Assembly: GCA_036149055.1 (NCBI GenBank)
Contig: JAYZQJ010000046.1
Span: 1 to 25,074, forward strand
Origin: Myxococcota bacterium
Lineage (GTDB): Bacteria; Myxococcota_A; Polyangia; Polyangiales; Sandaracinaceae
Length of the DNA stretch: 25,074 bases
Reading direction: 5' to 3'
Shown: positions 1 to 10,020 of the stretch, one piece after another
Layout of the letters: every line of letters begins with the position of its first letter
Numbering within the stretch: position 1 is the stretch's first letter
Program-made: the position numbers and the translations under genes
Notes under the pieces: model-generated
Database searches by the model: none
Seen by the model: only the letters and a program-made list of their open reading frames with translations
What the model was told of the DNA's origin: nothing

Positions 1-21
1 GGACCTCGCTCCGCTCGGCCC

Positions 22-161
22 CGACCCCAGCGCGAGGCGCTGGGTCCCCTGCGGCTCGCGCTCGCGCTGCGCGCGAGCTGGCCGCCCGCTGCCGCGGGAT
101 CGAACGACTCGAGTGGCGCGTGCGGCGACCTCGCTGCGCTCGTCGCCTGCCGTCGTCTCGG
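22..161. repeat. Structured interspersed repeat (REP/MITE-like), left copy
   Basis: 46-161 matches the reverse complement of 24884-24999 at 114/116 positions. It is preceded by the hairpin CCCAGCGC-GAG-GCGCTGGG, whose stem is kept in the other copy. Confidence 0.9.
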
Positions 162-311
162 GTCGGTCTTCGTGGAAGCGGGCTCGGGCAGCCCCCGCGC
201 CATTGTTTGCCACCGCTCGAGTCTCTTACAGAGGTTTCGTCGGGCCGAAACACATCCGAAACCCGCGGCGGTCACAGTGTCTGGAGAAGGCTGGAGAGAA
301 AGGACCTACGC

Positions 312-431
312 ATGATTCGCAGGGTGATCGGTATTCCGGGGGGAGTCGCCCACTACGTCGTCGGCAGCGCCTACGTGATGGCGCACCTGCTGCTTCACCA
401 GCACCGGGCGCGGGAGCTCGAGCTGGCCTGA
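312..431 (+). CDS. Candidate small protein, 39 aa (MIRRVIGIPGGVAHYVVGSAYVMAHLLLHQHRARELELA)
   Basis: ATG at 312 follows the purine-rich SD-like GGAGAGAAAGGA; third codon positions are mostly G/C; it fills otherwise empty space and converges on gluQ. No family recognised. Confidence 0.45.
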   Translation: MIRRVIGIPGGVAHYVVGSAYVMAHLLLHQHRARELELA

Positions 432-433
432 TC

Positions 434-475
434 GTCAGATCCAGACAGTCACATCCAGACGGTCACATCCAGACA
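434..475. repeat. 3 x 14-bp tandem repeat covering the gluQ stop codon
   Basis: GTCAGATCCAGACA / GTCACATCCAGACG / GTCACATCCAGACA at 434, 448 and 462. Confidence 0.9.
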
Positions 476-1371
476 GTGGGCTCGCGCCGCAGCTTCGAGG
501 GCGAGAAGCCCTCGACCAGCGCCCGCGCCTCGACCGGGGCGTCGGTGTCGGTCAGGCCCGCCCCATGCGCGAGCTTGCCGACGATCTGCGCGGCGGTGAG
601 CCCTCGCTCCCGCAGGTCGGCGAGCGCGATCGCCCCGTGGCGCTTCGCCAGCCGCTGACCATCCGCGCCCAGCACCAGCGGCACGTGCAGGAACGCGGGG
701 GGCGTCCAGCCGAGCGCGTCGAAGAGCGCGATCTGCCGCGGGGTGGAGGGGAGCAGATCGTCGCCCCGCAGGACCTCGGTGATGCCCATGTCGTGGTCGT
801 CGACCACGCAGGCGATCTGATACGCGACGACGCCGTCCTTGCGGTGGATGACGAAGTCGCCCGCGGCCTCGCTCCGCACCTCGCCGGCGAAGCGGTCGAC
901 GAAGACCGGCGGCGGGTCCGGCATGCGGAAGCGGGTCGCCGGCTCGCGATCGGGGTGGCGGGGGCCGTCGCGGCAGAGGCCCGGGTAGATCGGGCCCTCG
1001 TCGCCGTGGGGCGCCGAGGCGATCTCGGCGATCTCGCGGCGCGAGCAGGTGCACGGGTAGGTGTGGCCGCTGCGGGCGAGGCGCCGGATGATCTCCGCGT
1101 AGCGATCGTGCCGCTCGGACTGGGTGTAGGGCCCGTGGGGGCCGCCGACGTCGGGGCCCTCGTCCCAGTCGAGCCCGAGCCAGCGCAGATCGTCGAGCAT
1201 CGCCTGCGCCGCCCCTTCGCGGACGCGCGGGCCGTCGAGGTCCTCCATGCGGAGCACGAAGACGCCGCCCTTCGATCGCGCGCGCAGCCAGCCGATGAGG
1301 GCGCTGCGGGCGGTGCCCAGGTGCGCGGGCCCGGTCGGCGAGGGCGCGAAGCGGCCGCGGTAGACGCTCAC
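463..1371 (-). CDS. gluQ: Glutamyl-Q tRNA(Asp) synthetase (GluQ-RS)
   Basis: YRGRFAPSPTGPAHLG, LRMEDLD, Zn-binding CTCSRR...YPGLC, VVDD...RGDDLL, RLAKR. At 302 aa it lacks an anticodon-binding domain. Confidence 0.93.
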   Translation of the reverse strand: MSVYRGRFAPSPTGPAHLGTARSALIGWLRARSKGGVFVLRMEDLDGPRVREGAAQAMLDDLRWLGLDWDEGPDVGGPHGPYTQSERHDRYAEIIRRLARSGHTYPCTCSRREIAEIASAPHGDEGPIYPGLCRDGPRHPDREPATRFRMPDPPPVFVDRFAGEVRSEAAGDFVIHRKDGVVAYQIACVVDDHDMGITEVLRGDDLLPSTPRQIALFDALGWTPPAFLHVPLVLGADGQRLAKRHGAIALADLRERGLTAAQIVGKLAHGAGLTDTDAPVEARALVEGFSPSKLRREPTVWM

Positions 1372-1430
1372 GACGGAGGCATAGCGGATCTCCGCTTGCT
1401 CCGCGCCTGCTTTCGCGGGAAGGTCCGGCC

Positions 1431-2192
1431 GTGCGCGGTCAGGTCGAGATCTGCGGCTGTTTCCCGACGGGACGCCACTACCCCGGCATCGCCGATCGCC
1501 TCGCGAAGGCGCGCGGCGCGATGGACGTGCGCGGGCTCGCCACGGGCTTCGAGCCCGACCTCGAGTGGGCGGTCGCGTCGTTCGCGGTCATCGACTTCGA
1601 GACCACCGGCCTCGATCCCGCGGTCGACCGCGTGCTCGAGATGGGCATCGTCACCTTCGACGACGGCGTGCTCACGGGGAGCCACAACTGGCTCATCCAT
1701 CCGACGATCCCGGTGCCCGAGGAGGCGTCCAAGATCCACGGGATCACCGACGAGATGCTCGCCGACCAGCCTCGCTTCGAGGCGGTCTGGGCGGAGATGC
1801 GGCAGCACCTCGAGGGCCGGCTCCCGGTCGCGTACAACGCCGGCTTCGACAAGAAGTTCCTGCTCGCCGAGCTCGAGCGCATGGGCGAGGCCACCTGGGG
1901 CGAGGCGCTCCCGCCGGCGATGCAGCGCGAGGTCGAGTGGATCGACCCGCTGGTCTGGATCCGCGAGCTCTACCCGGACGTCAGCGCCAAGCTCGGCGCG
2001 ATCTGCGAGCACCTCGGCATCCCGCTCGACGACGCCCACCGCGCGGCGAACGACGCCGAGGCCACCGGCAAGGTGCTGCTCTCCGCGGCGCCGCAGATGC
2101 CGGCGACCTACGGCGAGCTCATCCGCGTCCAGACCCGCTACGCCGCCCAGCAGGACGTCGACTTCGCCATCTGGCGCGGCCGACGGTTCTGA
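1431..2192 (+). CDS. DEDDh 3'-5' exonuclease (DnaQ/Pol III epsilon-like)
   Basis: ExoI VIDFETTG, ExoII AYNAGFD, ExoIII HRAANDA. Start codon uncertain. Confidence 0.9.
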   Translation: MRGQVEICGCFPTGRHYPGIADRLAKARGAMDVRGLATGFEPDLEWAVASFAVIDFETTGLDPAVDRVLEMGIVTFDDGVLTGSHNWLIHPTIPVPEEASKIHGITDEMLADQPRFEAVWAEMRQHLEGRLPVAYNAGFDKKFLLAELERMGEATWGEALPPAMQREVEWIDPLVWIRELYPDVSAKLGAICEHLGIPLDDAHRAANDAEATGKVLLSAAPQMPATYGELIRVQTRYAAQQDVDFAIWRGRRF

Positions 2193-2199
2193 GCCGAGG

Positions 2200-2775
2200 T
2201 CACTTCGCGTTCGCGCCGTAGGTGCGGACGGCGCGGATCCAGTCGGCGAAGCCGGCGAGGAGCTCCTCGATCTTCTCGCGGGTCCCGTCGTCCTTCACCT
2301 GGCCGTCTTCGATGCGGTTCATCGCCTGCGCGACCGCGACCTCGGGCCAGGGGAAGACGGCGGCGGCCATGCCGAGCAGCACGAGCTTGAGGTGCTGCTG
2401 GGCCCGGGCGGTGCCGATGGCCGACGGCGACGCGCCGAGGATGGCGACCGGCTTGTCGCGGAAGGGCGAGCGGTAGCCGGGGCGCGAGGCCCAGTCGATC
2501 GCGTTCTTGAGCACGCCGGGGATGCCGTAGTTGTACTCGGGGGTCGCGATGAGCACGCCGTCGGCCTCGGAGATCGCCTTCTTGAGGCGGGCCGCGGGCT
2601 CGGGCAGGTCGCCTTCGTCGAGCGACGCCTCGTAGAAGGGCACGCCCTCCAGGTCGAACGGGGTGATGCGCACCCCGCTGGGGCTCAGCTCGGTGGCCGC
2701 CCGGATCAGCGCGCGGTTGAAGGAGCCCTCTCGCAGGCTGCCGGCGATGCCGACGATTCGGATCTCTTCGCTCAC
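2200..2775 (-). CDS. NAD(P)H-dependent FMN reductase (ChrR/SsuE-like flavodoxin fold)
   Basis: GSLREGSFN, ATPEYNYGIPGVLKNAIDWASR, GTARAQ; SD GGAGAG upstream. Confidence 0.92.
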   Translation of the reverse strand: MSEEIRIVGIAGSLREGSFNRALIRAATELSPSGVRITPFDLEGVPFYEASLDEGDLPEPAARLKKAISEADGVLIATPEYNYGIPGVLKNAIDWASRPGYRSPFRDKPVAILGASPSAIGTARAQQHLKLVLLGMAAAVFPWPEVAVAQAMNRIEDGQVKDDGTREKIEELLAGFADWIRAVRTYGANAK

Positions 2776-2785
2776 TCTTCTCTCC

Positions 2786-3484
2786 TCACGCGAGGTCGAA
2801 CACCAGCACCTCAGCTAAGTCCGTCGCCGCGATCCTCAAAATCTTCTCGTCGCTCACCGCCGCCCCGTCCCCCTGTGAGAGGGGCTCGCCGTTCAGCGTC
2901 ACCGCGCCGCGGGCGATCTGGATCCAGGCGTGCCGATCGGGAGCGAGCTCGTGCACGACCTCTTGCCCCGGATCGAGGAGCGCGCCGTGGAGCTTCACGT
3001 CCTGATGGATGTCGACCGCGCCGGCCTCACCCCCGGGCGCCGCGAGGAGCCGCAGCCGACCGCGCCGCTCCGCCTCGGGGAAGGCGCGCTGCTCGTAGCT
3101 CGGCTCGAGCCCGCGGGCGGCGGGCAGGATCCAGATCTGGAGGAAGCGGACGTCGTCGGTCTCGCTCGCGTTGAACTCGCTGTGCATCACGCCGCGCCCG
3201 GCGCTCATGCGCTGCACCTCGCCCGGGCGCAGCACCTCCCGGTGACCGGTGGAGTCCTCGTGCGCCAGCCCGCCCTCGAGCACGTAGCTGAGGATCTCCA
3301 TGTCGCGGTGGCCGTGCGGCGGGAAGCCGGCGCCGCCGCGGACCCGGTCCTCGTTGATCACCCGGAGCGACCGGAAGCCCATGTGGGCCGGGTCGTGGTA
3401 GCCGGCGAACGAGAACGTGTGGGCGCTCTGCAGCCAGCCGTGATCGGCGTGGCCGCGCTCCTCGGACCGTCGGATGCGGATCAT
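2786..3484 (-). CDS. yhhW: Pirin-family bicupin (YhhW-like, quercetinase family)
   Basis: RGHADHGWL..HTFSFA, LRVINEDRV, GFPPHGHRDMEI, MSAGRGVMHSEFN, FLQIWI; likely co-transcribed with the FMN reductase. Confidence 0.92.
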   Translation of the reverse strand: MIRIRRSEERGHADHGWLQSAHTFSFAGYHDPAHMGFRSLRVINEDRVRGGAGFPPHGHRDMEILSYVLEGGLAHEDSTGHREVLRPGEVQRMSAGRGVMHSEFNASETDDVRFLQIWILPAARGLEPSYEQRAFPEAERRGRLRLLAAPGGEAGAVDIHQDVKLHGALLDPGQEVVHELAPDRHAWIQIARGAVTLNGEPLSQGDGAAVSDEKILRIAATDLAEVLVFDLA

Positions 3485-3541
3485 GGCTCCGATCTGGTCC
3501 CGATCCGCGCGGACGTAAAGCTAGCACTACACTGCCATACG

Positions 3542-3569
3542 TTGCCGCGACTGATACCGGGCTTACGTT
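3542..3569 (+). promoter_or_regulatory. Putative sigma70-type promoter for the HhH gene (possibly leaderless)
   Basis: TTGCCG (3542-3547), 16-nt spacer, TACGTT (3564-3569), then 6 nt to the GTG at 3576. Confidence 0.5.
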
Positions 3570-3575
3570 GAATTC

Positions 3576-4556
3576 GTGCTCCCGGCTCCTCATCGCCCCT
3601 CGAATCAGGAGATCGCCGCTCGGCTCGACGAGATGGCGGGCCTGCTGAGGCGCCAGGAGGCGGACATGTGGCGGGTGCGCGCCTACTCGCAGGCCGCGAG
3701 CACCCTGCGCATGATGCGGCGGCACGCGATCGAGGTGCTCGACCGGGAGGGGGTCGACGGGCTCATCGCGATCCCGACGATCGGCAAGAGCATCGCGGGC
3801 GCCATCGAGGAGATGGCCTGGCGCGGGCGCTGGGCGCAGCTCGACCGGCTCCGCGGCGAGGTCACCCCGGAGGAGACGCTCATGACCCTGCCGGGCATGG
3901 GCGAGACCCTGGCCGGCCGGATCCACGACGCCCTCGGCATCGACACCCTCGAGGAGCTGGAGCTGGCCGCCCACGACGGGCGCCTCGAGCGGCTGGAGGG
4001 CTTCGGGCCGCGCCGGGTGCAGGCGATCCGCGACATGCTCGCGACCCAGCTCAGCCGCTCGCCGCGCCGCCGGGTGCGCCGGGTGAGCGAGGCGCCGCCG
4101 CCCCCGCCGGGCCCCGCCGACGACCTCCCGATCGTGCCGGCGATGGTGCCGACCGAGCCCGACGTGGAGCGCCCCGACATCGGGCTCCTGCTGGAGCTCG
4201 ACGTCGCCTACCGCGCGCGCGCCGAGAGCGGCGAGCTCCCGACGATCGCGCCCCGCCGCTTCAACCCGACCGGCGAGCGCTGGCTGCCGATCTGGCACGT
4301 CGAGAGAGACGGGTGGGACTTCACCTTGCTCTTCTCGAACTCGGCCCAGGCGCATCAGCTGGGCAAGACCGACGACTGGGTGGTCGTCTACTGGGAGCAC
4401 GGCGGGCACGAGGATCAGGCGACGGTGGTCACCGAGTACCGCGGCCCGCTGACCGGGCGGCGCGTGGTGCGGGGCCGCGAGCGCGAGTGCCTCAGCTGGT
4501 GGGCCAAGCAGACCGAGAAGAAGGCCGAAGAGGCGCGCTGGCGCCGGATCGCCTGA
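3576..4556 (+). CDS. Helix-hairpin-helix DNA-binding protein with a PolX-like N-terminus and a non-polymerase C-terminal domain
   Basis: NQEIAARLDEMAGLL..WRVRAYSQAA resembles the PolX 8-kDa domain; HhH motifs IPTIGKSIA, LPGMGETLA, LEGFGPRR. No GSxRR/DxD palm and no PHP domain. Confidence 0.8.
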   Translation: MLPAPHRPSNQEIAARLDEMAGLLRRQEADMWRVRAYSQAASTLRMMRRHAIEVLDREGVDGLIAIPTIGKSIAGAIEEMAWRGRWAQLDRLRGEVTPEETLMTLPGMGETLAGRIHDALGIDTLEELELAAHDGRLERLEGFGPRRVQAIRDMLATQLSRSPRRRVRRVSEAPPPPPGPADDLPIVPAMVPTEPDVERPDIGLLLELDVAYRARAESGELPTIAPRRFNPTGERWLPIWHVERDGWDFTLLFSNSAQAHQLGKTDDWVVVYWEHGGHEDQATVVTEYRGPLTGRRVVRGRERECLSWWAKQTEKKAEEARWRRIA

Positions 4557-5753
4557 TCACTCCTGCGGCGGGATCGAGCTGATCCGGTCGAGCTGCTCGC
4601 GGATCACCGAGGTGATCACCTCGCCGACCCCGCCGACCGTCGGGCGGCGCGCGGGGGTGTGCGGCTCGCGCGGCTCGGGGCGGCTCTCGATCCAGACCTC
4701 CTCCACGCCGTCGGCGCCGGTCGGGACGATCGTCGAGACGGCCACCGGGGCGAGCGCGTCGTCCGGCGGCGCGGGGATGCGCTCCTCCGTGTCGGGATCG
4801 AACGGGTCGTCGACCTGGTTCGAGGGGACGAGCGCGACCACCGCCTCGCGGGTCGCCTCGTCGGGCACGTCGTCGAGCGTGGCGTCGTCGTCGGCGTCCA
4901 TGCCGTTGGCGGTCAGCCAGAGATCGCGCACGAAGGCGCTCGCCGACCGGTAGCGCTGCTCGGGATCGGGCGCGAGGCCGCGGCGGAGGACCTCGTCGAG
5001 CGCTCCCGGGACCGGCGCGCGGACGACGGCGCTGAGCGAGGGCGCGGGCTCGTTCTGTCGCTGCACGAGCGCCCGCACGAAGCTCGTCTCGGCCGGGAAC
5101 GGGGAGGCGCCGCTGATCGCGCGGAAGGCGATCGAGGCGAGGGAGTAGACGTCGACGCGGTGATCGCTCGCGGCCCCGCGATCGAACTCGGGCGCGACGT
5201 GCTCGAGCATGCCGGGCCCCGTGATGACGCCGGTGGGGCGCCCGTCGTCGTCGCCCTCGGGGGCGAGGAGCGCGCCGAGACCCCAGCCGCCCAGCTGCAC
5301 GAAGGGCGCGAAGGGGACGAGGTGGATCTTGCTCGGGGTGAGCCCGCGGTGGATCGCGCCGAAGGCGTGGAGCGCGTCGAGCGCGTGCGCGACCGGGACG
5401 AGGAGGGCCGCGGTCGTGTCCGGCGCGATGCGCCCGATCTTCGCGAGCACCGCGCCCAGGTTGCTCTCGCCGAGCCAGGGCGTGACCCGGTAGCAGCGCC
5501 CCGAGGTCATCCGGCCCACGCCGATGGCGCGCACGAGGCCGGAGTGGCCCATCGCGCTGATGCGCGCGACCTCCTCGAGGTGGCGGGCGACCGACGGCCC
5601 GTGCGAGGTCCAGCGCTCGGCCAGGATGTGCACGGCGACGACGCGCGGCTTCTTCAGATCGGTCGCGAGGAAGAGGTCTCCCATGCCGCGTCCGTCGATG
5701 AGCGCGTCGAGGCGGAACCGGTCCGCGAGGACGATGACCTGGTCCGACTCCAC
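4557..5753 (-). CDS. Hanks-type Ser/Thr pseudokinase
   Basis: Kinase scaffold retained (RFRLDALIDGRGMG, VAPE, DVYSL, RY-SA), but VAIK is VAVH, HRDLKPxN is HRGLTPSK, and DFG is GWG. Confidence 0.82.
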   Translation of the reverse strand: MESDQVIVLADRFRLDALIDGRGMGDLFLATDLKKPRVVAVHILAERWTSHGPSVARHLEEVARISAMGHSGLVRAIGVGRMTSGRCYRVTPWLGESNLGAVLAKIGRIAPDTTAALLVPVAHALDALHAFGAIHRGLTPSKIHLVPFAPFVQLGGWGLGALLAPEGDDDGRPTGVITGPGMLEHVAPEFDRGAASDHRVDVYSLASIAFRAISGASPFPAETSFVRALVQRQNEPAPSLSAVVRAPVPGALDEVLRRGLAPDPEQRYRSASAFVRDLWLTANGMDADDDATLDDVPDEATREAVVALVPSNQVDDPFDPDTEERIPAPPDDALAPVAVSTIVPTGADGVEEVWIESRPEPREPHTPARRPTVGGVGEVITSVIREQLDRISSIPPQE

Positions 5754-5786
5754 GACGCCGGAGCGTACCAGGCGGTCGCGCGCAGC

Positions 5787-6236
5787 TCACGGATTCTCGG
5801 CCATCGCCGGCACCCGCAGCGCCTGCGCGACCACCCCGACGCTGCAGAACGCGATCGCCGCGATCACCGTCCAGACCGACGCGCCGAACATGAAGACGAA
5901 CGTGGACAGCAGCGCGGGGATCTGGGGCACCGCGGTGGTCAGGAGGAAGACCGCGAAGATCTCCCGGTAGCGGTCGTCCACCGTCGCGGTGTCGGGCAGC
6001 CGCGCCAGCCGCTTCAGGGCGACGCGTCGCTGGACCACCAGCCCGAGGGCCGCGCCGATCGCGGCGACCGCGGCCATGCCCCAGCCGACCGGCGTGAGCA
6101 TCGGCTCGAGGAACGCGCGCACCTCGTCGAACTCCGGCGGGAAGATCAGCTTGCGGAGCGCGGTCTCCACCACCAGGGCGCCGGGCGCCGCGAGGATGGT
6201 GAGCCAGAGGACGGCGCGCGGTCGCTCGGCCGCCAC
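5787..6236 (-). CDS. Hypothetical integral membrane protein (~4 hydrophobic segments)
   Basis: 149 aa with several long hydrophobic stretches; directly follows the 6238-6549 gene. Confidence 0.75.
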   Translation of the reverse strand: MAAERPRAVLWLTILAAPGALVVETALRKLIFPPEFDEVRAFLEPMLTPVGWGMAAVAAIGAALGLVVQRRVALKRLARLPDTATVDDRYREIFAVFLLTTAVPQIPALLSTFVFMFGASVWTVIAAIAFCSVGVVAQALRVPAMAENP

Positions 6237-6237
6237 G

Positions 6238-6549
6238 TCAACCGCCGCGTCGGACGCGCACCTCGCCGACGGAGCGCGTGAACGTGATGCCGGTGCCCTC
6301 GCCGAACTTCTCCCGCCCCTCGGCCCGAAGGGCCTCGGCGGGCCCGGCCTCGTAGGCGGCGAAGGCCTCGCGCGACGCGAAGCGGTAACGGGTCTCGACC
6401 ACGATCGCGTCGCCGTCGAGGCGCACCGCCTCTCCGGAGAGCGCGCCCCCGCGGACGACGTCGTTCAGGTGGTCGTCCTCGAGCCAGGCGAGGTAGCGGG
6501 CGCACTCCGCCTCCGAGGGCAGCGCGCAGGTGACGGTGTAGACGAGCAC
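6238..6549 (-). CDS. DUF4286-like small protein
   Basis: YTVT...YLAWL..DHLNDV...YRFASREAFAAYE..A.ALRAEG..KFG pattern. Confidence 0.7.
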   Translation of the reverse strand: MLVYTVTCALPSEAECARYLAWLEDDHLNDVVRGGALSGEAVRLDGDAIVVETRYRFASREAFAAYEAGPAEALRAEGREKFGEGTGITFTRSVGEVRVRRGG

Positions 6550-6565
6550 GGGGCTCGTCGTACCA

Positions 6566-8662
<2,097 letters not shown>

Positions 8663-8755
8663 GCTCTCGAATCGTACCGTCGTAGACCGAATCGGTCGCC
8701 TCCTCTGCATACCTACGACGCGCCGGGACCGCAAAACGGCCTACGCCTTCCGTGC

Positions 8756-8785
8756 TTGCTGGCCGAAGCGGCCGGGCGGTATGGT
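8756..8785 (+). promoter_or_regulatory. Putative sigma70-type promoter of PEGA paralog 1
   Basis: TTGCTG, 18-nt spacer, TATGGT, then 9 nt to the ATG at 8795. Confidence 0.5.
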
Positions 8786-8794
8786 GGCGTGACG

Positions 8795-9949
8795 ATGCGT
8801 CTCCCGTCGTTCCGTACCCTCCGGATGGGCGCCCTGCTCACCCTGTTGTCCACCCTGGCGCTGTCCGCGCCCGCCACCGCGAGCGCGCAGTCCGTGATCG
8901 TGCTGGGCATCCGCTCGCTCGACGGCGACGACGAGTTCGCCCGCAACCTCACCGGCGCGCTCCGGCACGCGGCCTCGCAGGTGTCGGACTGGGAGGTCAG
9001 CGATCGCGAGGTGACCCTCGCGCAGATGGCGCTCGCCCACGGCTGCGACGACCCGAACCCGAGCTGCATGGCGGAGATCGCCGACTCGCTCTCCGCCGAA
9101 CGCGTCATCTACGGCGACGTCCGGCGCACCAGCGCGGAGGCGCAGTTCGACTTCTCGGTCAGCCTGCACCTCTTCAACGCGGAGTCGGATCAGGTCGAGC
9201 GGTCGGTGGCCGACACGATCCCGAGCATCCGGACCGACATCGACGATCTGCGCGAGCCGGTCCGACGCTACGTCGCGGAGCTCGCCGGAGCGCCGCGGAC
9301 CGGCACCCTGCGCGTCGTTGCGCTCCCCGGCGCCGAGATCTTCGTCGACGGCGAGGCGGTGGGCGTGGCCGACGCCGAGGGGCAGCTGCTCGTCGAGGAC
9401 CTCGAGCCCGGCACCCGGAACGTGCGCATCGCGGCCGAGGGGCACGACGCCTACACCTCCCAGGTCGCGCTCGAGCCGTACGAGGAGGCGAGCCTCGAGG
9501 CCGACCTGCAGGCGATCGGCGGCGGCGGGGGCGGCGGCGGCGGCGAGTTCCCCACCGGCATCGTGGTCGGCGCCGGGCTGCTCGCGGTCTCGGTCGGGCT
9601 CGCGGCCGGCTGGATCTGGTCCTGGAACCGGGTGACCAACGAGATCCAGAACGATCCGGCGTTCGTCTCGGCGCGGGCTGCGCAGCCCGAGACCGTCGAC
9701 AACATCTGCGCGACCATCGCCCCGGGCGACGCCGGCTACAACACCGTGACCGGCCTGTGCAACGAGGCCGACACGCTCGAGCCGCTCCAGTTCGTCTTCG
9801 CCGTCAGCGCGGCCGCGGTGGCCGGCGTGGGGCTCTACTTCCTGCTCGACGGCGTGATGGGCGCAGACGGGGACGGGGAGCACGCGTTCCTGCTCGTGCC
9901 CACCGCCAGCCCGGACGGCGGCGGGCTCTCGGTCGTCGGCTCCTTCTGA
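8795..9949 (+). CDS. Exported PEGA-domain protein, paralog 1 (N-terminal CsgG/TolB-N-like domain, PEGA, two hydrophobic helices, terminal ...GSF)
   Basis: Signal peptide ending ASA-Q; GCDDPNPSCMAEIADSLSAERVIYG; PEGA GTLRV..PGAEIFVDG..LEPG; ends FLLVPTASPDGGGLSVVGSF. This is the real part of ORF 6764..9949. Confidence 0.85.
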   Translation: MRLPSFRTLRMGALLTLLSTLALSAPATASAQSVIVLGIRSLDGDDEFARNLTGALRHAASQVSDWEVSDREVTLAQMALAHGCDDPNPSCMAEIADSLSAERVIYGDVRRTSAEAQFDFSVSLHLFNAESDQVERSVADTIPSIRTDIDDLREPVRRYVAELAGAPRTGTLRVVALPGAEIFVDGEAVGVADAEGQLLVEDLEPGTRNVRIAAEGHDAYTSQVALEPYEEASLEADLQAIGGGGGGGGGEFPTGIVVGAGLLAVSVGLAAGWIWSWNRVTNEIQNDPAFVSARAAQPETVDNICATIAPGDAGYNTVTGLCNEADTLEPLQFVFAVSAAAVAGVGLYFLLDGVMGADGDGEHAFLLVPTASPDGGGLSVVGSF

Positions 9950-9977
9950 CCCGGCGCCACTCGAGGCTGCGCGATGC

Positions 9978-10007
9978 TTGCCGCTTCGCGCGGCCGGAGG
10001 GTATCGT
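9978..10007 (+). promoter_or_regulatory. Putative sigma70-type promoter of PEGA paralog 2
   Basis: TTGCCG, 18-nt spacer, TATCGT, upstream of the ATG at 10021. Confidence 0.5.
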
Positions 10008-10020
10008 GGCGGCCACCAGC

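Noticed and set aside
200..311. Riboswitch (glycine-like GGAGA motifs or c-di-GMP)
   Set aside because: The remaining consensus elements could not be found; an Rfam search would be needed.
434..475. 14-bp repeats (here and at 15517-15558) as a mini-CRISPR
   Set aside because: The units are contiguous with no spacers, too short, and there are no cas genes.
463..1371. Truncated gltX pseudogene
   Set aside because: The length and motifs are normal for GluQ-RS, which naturally lacks the anticodon-binding domain.
565..3174. 869-aa plus-strand ORF and similar long Arg/Pro/Ala-rich ORFs (3027-4409, 4659-6281, 9835-11646, 11681-13366, 13402-15552, 21308-24103, 21805-24312)
   Set aside because: Antisense or off-frame shadows of well-supported genes; stop codons are scarce in high-GC DNA and these ORFs show no motifs.
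3576..4556. Functional DNA polymerase X or an NHEJ locus
   Set aside because: No catalytic palm or PHP motifs, and no Ku or LigD in the window.
9518..9544. GGC runs as phase-variable repeats
   Set aside because: They are in-frame poly-Gly linkers, also present in the other PEGA genes; unit changes would not shift the frame.
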